Assembly (NCBI GenBank): GCA_048941265.1
Contig: JBHLNT010000081.1
Coordinates: 1 to 17,394, forward strand
Origin: Promethearchaeota archaeon
GTDB taxonomy: Archaea > Asgardarchaeota > Lokiarchaeia > Sigyniarchaeales > SOKP01
Reading direction: 5' to 3'
DNA: 17,394 nucleotides
Shown: positions 15,464 to 17,394 of the stretch, piece after piece
How the letters are laid out: each line of letters starts with the position of its first letter
Position numbering within the stretch: the first letter of the stretch is position 1
Made by a program: the position numbers and the translations under genes
Notes under the pieces: model-generated
Database searches by the model: none
What the model was told of the DNA's origin: nothing
The model's input: only the letters and a program-made list of their open reading frames with translations

Positions 15464-16885
15464 TTAAGTTTTCTTTGATATTAAAATCAAAATGAGATCG
15501 TTTACATTACATCCAGTTGGACCTGTAATTATCTCACTATTTATGATTTTGAAAAAACTATTTGAATCGTTATTATCTAAATATTCCTTTGTATTTAATT
15601 TTCTCTCTGCTATTTGCTTTAAAATAAAGCTATCTACTAACGCGCCCATTGCTTTGCTATTCCCTTCAATACCATCTAGATTTGCTGCAATAATTAAAAA
15701 ATTATCTTTCAATTCTTTATTGTCTAAGAAATCAAGAAAACTTAAAAGCATCTCTTGATTTCTGCCCCCAGTTCCAGTTCCTTTAATAGTCACAGTTAAT
15801 TCACCAGTACCAATAAGAGCAACATTTTTTTGGAGATTCTCAAATTCATTTTTATTCATTCGTTCAGAAATAATACTATTTAGTTTCTTTCCAAAATCCC
15901 TAGCTTCACCCATAATATTATCAGAAAAATAATTTGTAATAAAATCTTGTTTAAGAGATGTTATAATTTCTTGGACTGCTGTTTTTACGCTCCCTATTAA
16001 ATAATTGTGAATACTTTTAAAACAAGGATGGTTGGTTTTTGGATTTTCTAAACTATTATCGCTAAATCCTTGTTCTAATGAATTTATAATTGATTTTGGA
16101 ACTTTAAAATAAATTCCATATTTCTTTATTATATCTATTGCATCTTTAAATGTTGTTTGATCCGGAACAGTTGGTCCTGAGGCAATTGTATCTAAATTAT
16201 CACCAATTACATCTGAAATTATTAATGAGATTAAAGTAGCGTTGCTGGAGTTAAAAAGGATTTTTGCAAGGTTGCCTCCTTTAAAGTCCGATAAATGCTT
16301 TCTAACGGCATTAATTTCATGAATAGACGCACCTGATGCTAAAAGCAATGAGTTTACATCCTGCAAATCCATTAAAGATATTCCCTCTTTAGGTAAGGGT
16401 AATAACGCTGAACCGCCTCCGGAAATTAAACAGATAATTAAATCTTCTTTCGAAGAATTCTTAATATAATTCAACATTTTTTTGGTTCCGTATACACCAT
16501 TTTCATTAGGGATGGGGTGGGTTGCATAGTTCAACTCGATTTTATGTGTTTTCTCAGAATCTTTTATATTTAATCCTTCGGGAATGTTTATTATTCCTTC
16601 AATATCAATAGGGCCATTAATCATCAGTGTTTCCAAAGCATAAGCCATTTCTGCTGATGCTTTACCTCCCCCAATAATAATTATTTTATGAAATCTGTTT
16701 AGGTTAAAAATCTCATCATAAATGATTAATTTAGCATCCCGGACTTTAACGGAGTTTGCTATTAAATTTTTTGGTTTAACCGCATTTAGAGCTTTTTCCA
16801 AACAATTTAATCCTATTTCTCTTAAATATCTCTGCGACTTATCTAAATTTCCAGAAAGTAATTGAGAAGTATTTTTAATAAACAT
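15464..16885 (-). CDS. gck: Glycerate 2-kinase (DUF4147 + MOFRL family)
   Basis: GGGKAS, ATHPIP, LISGGGSAL, VRKHLSDFKGG, SDVIGDNLDTIASGPT, GELTV, GGRNQE and TGPTGCNVND motifs. Confidence 0.93.
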   Translation of the reverse strand: MFIKNTSQLLSGNLDKSQRYLREIGLNCLEKALNAVKPKNLIANSVKVRDAKLIIYDEIFNLNRFHKIIIIGGGKASAEMAYALETLMINGPIDIEGIINIPEGLNIKDSEKTHKIELNYATHPIPNENGVYGTKKMLNYIKNSSKEDLIICLISGGGSALLPLPKEGISLMDLQDVNSLLLASGASIHEINAVRKHLSDFKGGNLAKILFNSSNATLISLIISDVIGDNLDTIASGPTVPDQTTFKDAIDIIKKYGIYFKVPKSIINSLEQGFSDNSLENPKTNHPCFKSIHNYLIGSVKTAVQEIITSLKQDFITNYFSDNIMGEARDFGKKLNSIISERMNKNEFENLQKNVALIGTGELTVTIKGTGTGGRNQEMLLSFLDFLDNKELKDNFLIIAANLDGIEGNSKAMGALVDSFILKQIAERKLNTKEYLDNNDSNSFFKIINSEIITGPTGCNVNDLILILISKKT

Positions 16886-17203
16886 AAAACAACATTAAAG
16901 GAAATTAAGAGTTTAAAATTTTAATCATGAATTGATATAAATATTTATTGAGTTTTATGCTATTTAAATCATATTTTACCTCTTTTTCACTATTTCAAGT
17001 TATTCTTGTAGCAAAAAGGATCTTACTAATAACTGTGTATTTGGGAAGATTGGAAGTATTTTATAAGAAATTCTCTGAATATTCCTTTCTAAGCCTCATG
17101 CTTTCAATGAAACATTAAATATCACTTTTTATAAGATTGAAAATAATTATCATATTATAGTATAAAAATGCTTAACAATTGAAAAATTCAAAATGTCTTT
17201 ATA

Positions 17204-17394
17204 ATGGATATAAAACCATATCGCATTGATATTCATCATCATATTCTTCCTCCTGAGTATCTCTCATCGTTAGCGAAATTAGATATTACTACGGTTGATA
17301 ACACCAATTTCCCTCCTTGGAATCCAGAACAAAGTTTAGCACTCATGGATCGCCAAAATATTGCAATCGCAGTAACCTCTATCTCTTCTCCCGG
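17204..17394 (+). CDS. Amidohydrolase family 2 protein (ACMSD/aromatic decarboxylase-like), N-terminal part (runs off the window)
   Basis: Manual translation: MDIKPYRIDIHHHILPPEYLSSLAKLDITTVDNTNFPPWNPEQSLALMDRQNIAIAVTSISSP. It has the IDxHxH metal motif and the W.PE..L..MD...I..A..S.S.PG pattern. Not in the ORF track. Confidence 0.85.
   Translation, partial: MDIKPYRIDIHHHILPPEYLSSLAKLDITTVDNTNFPPWNPEQSLALMDRQNIAIAVTSISSP

Noticed and set aside
15492-15758. Track ORF, 88 aa (+)
   Set aside because: Antisense shadow of glycerate kinase.
16975-17153. Broken minus-strand frames (GLERNIQRISYKILPIFPNTQLLVRSF...) as a possible gene or transposase remnant
   Set aside because: Multiple stops and no motif I can identify.

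Overview
AT-rich archaeal window, most likely an Asgard archaeon (Lokiarchaeia-like). This is inferred from the style of the TFB, a longin-like ORF and GGTGA/GAGGA ribosome-binding sites. The left half holds accessory and housekeeping genes: a DUF2061-like membrane protein, a TFB whose Zn-ribbon lies upstream of any ATG/GTG/TTG, Hsp20, SPFH/band 7, an alpha/beta hydrolase, two tandem MBL-fold paralogs and several gene remnants. The right half holds a longin-like gene, an FG-GAP-type beta-propeller with a possible C-terminal winged helix, a 729-aa acidic beta-sandwich protein with mu-homology-domain-like segments, an uncalled CPxCG microprotein, glycerate kinase and the start of an amidohydrolase. 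The main structure is a 1081-bp unit present twice in tandem (10719-12880). Each unit carries a split-Zn-ribbon gene, a Vsr/DUF559-like nuclease remnant and a 238-bp copy of the 3' end of the 729-aa gene. The three 238-bp copies are reciprocal mosaics (attL/attP/attR-like) with a crossover inside a 69-bp core. This suggests an integrase-less mini-element that integrates into, repairs and changes the C-terminus of its host gene.
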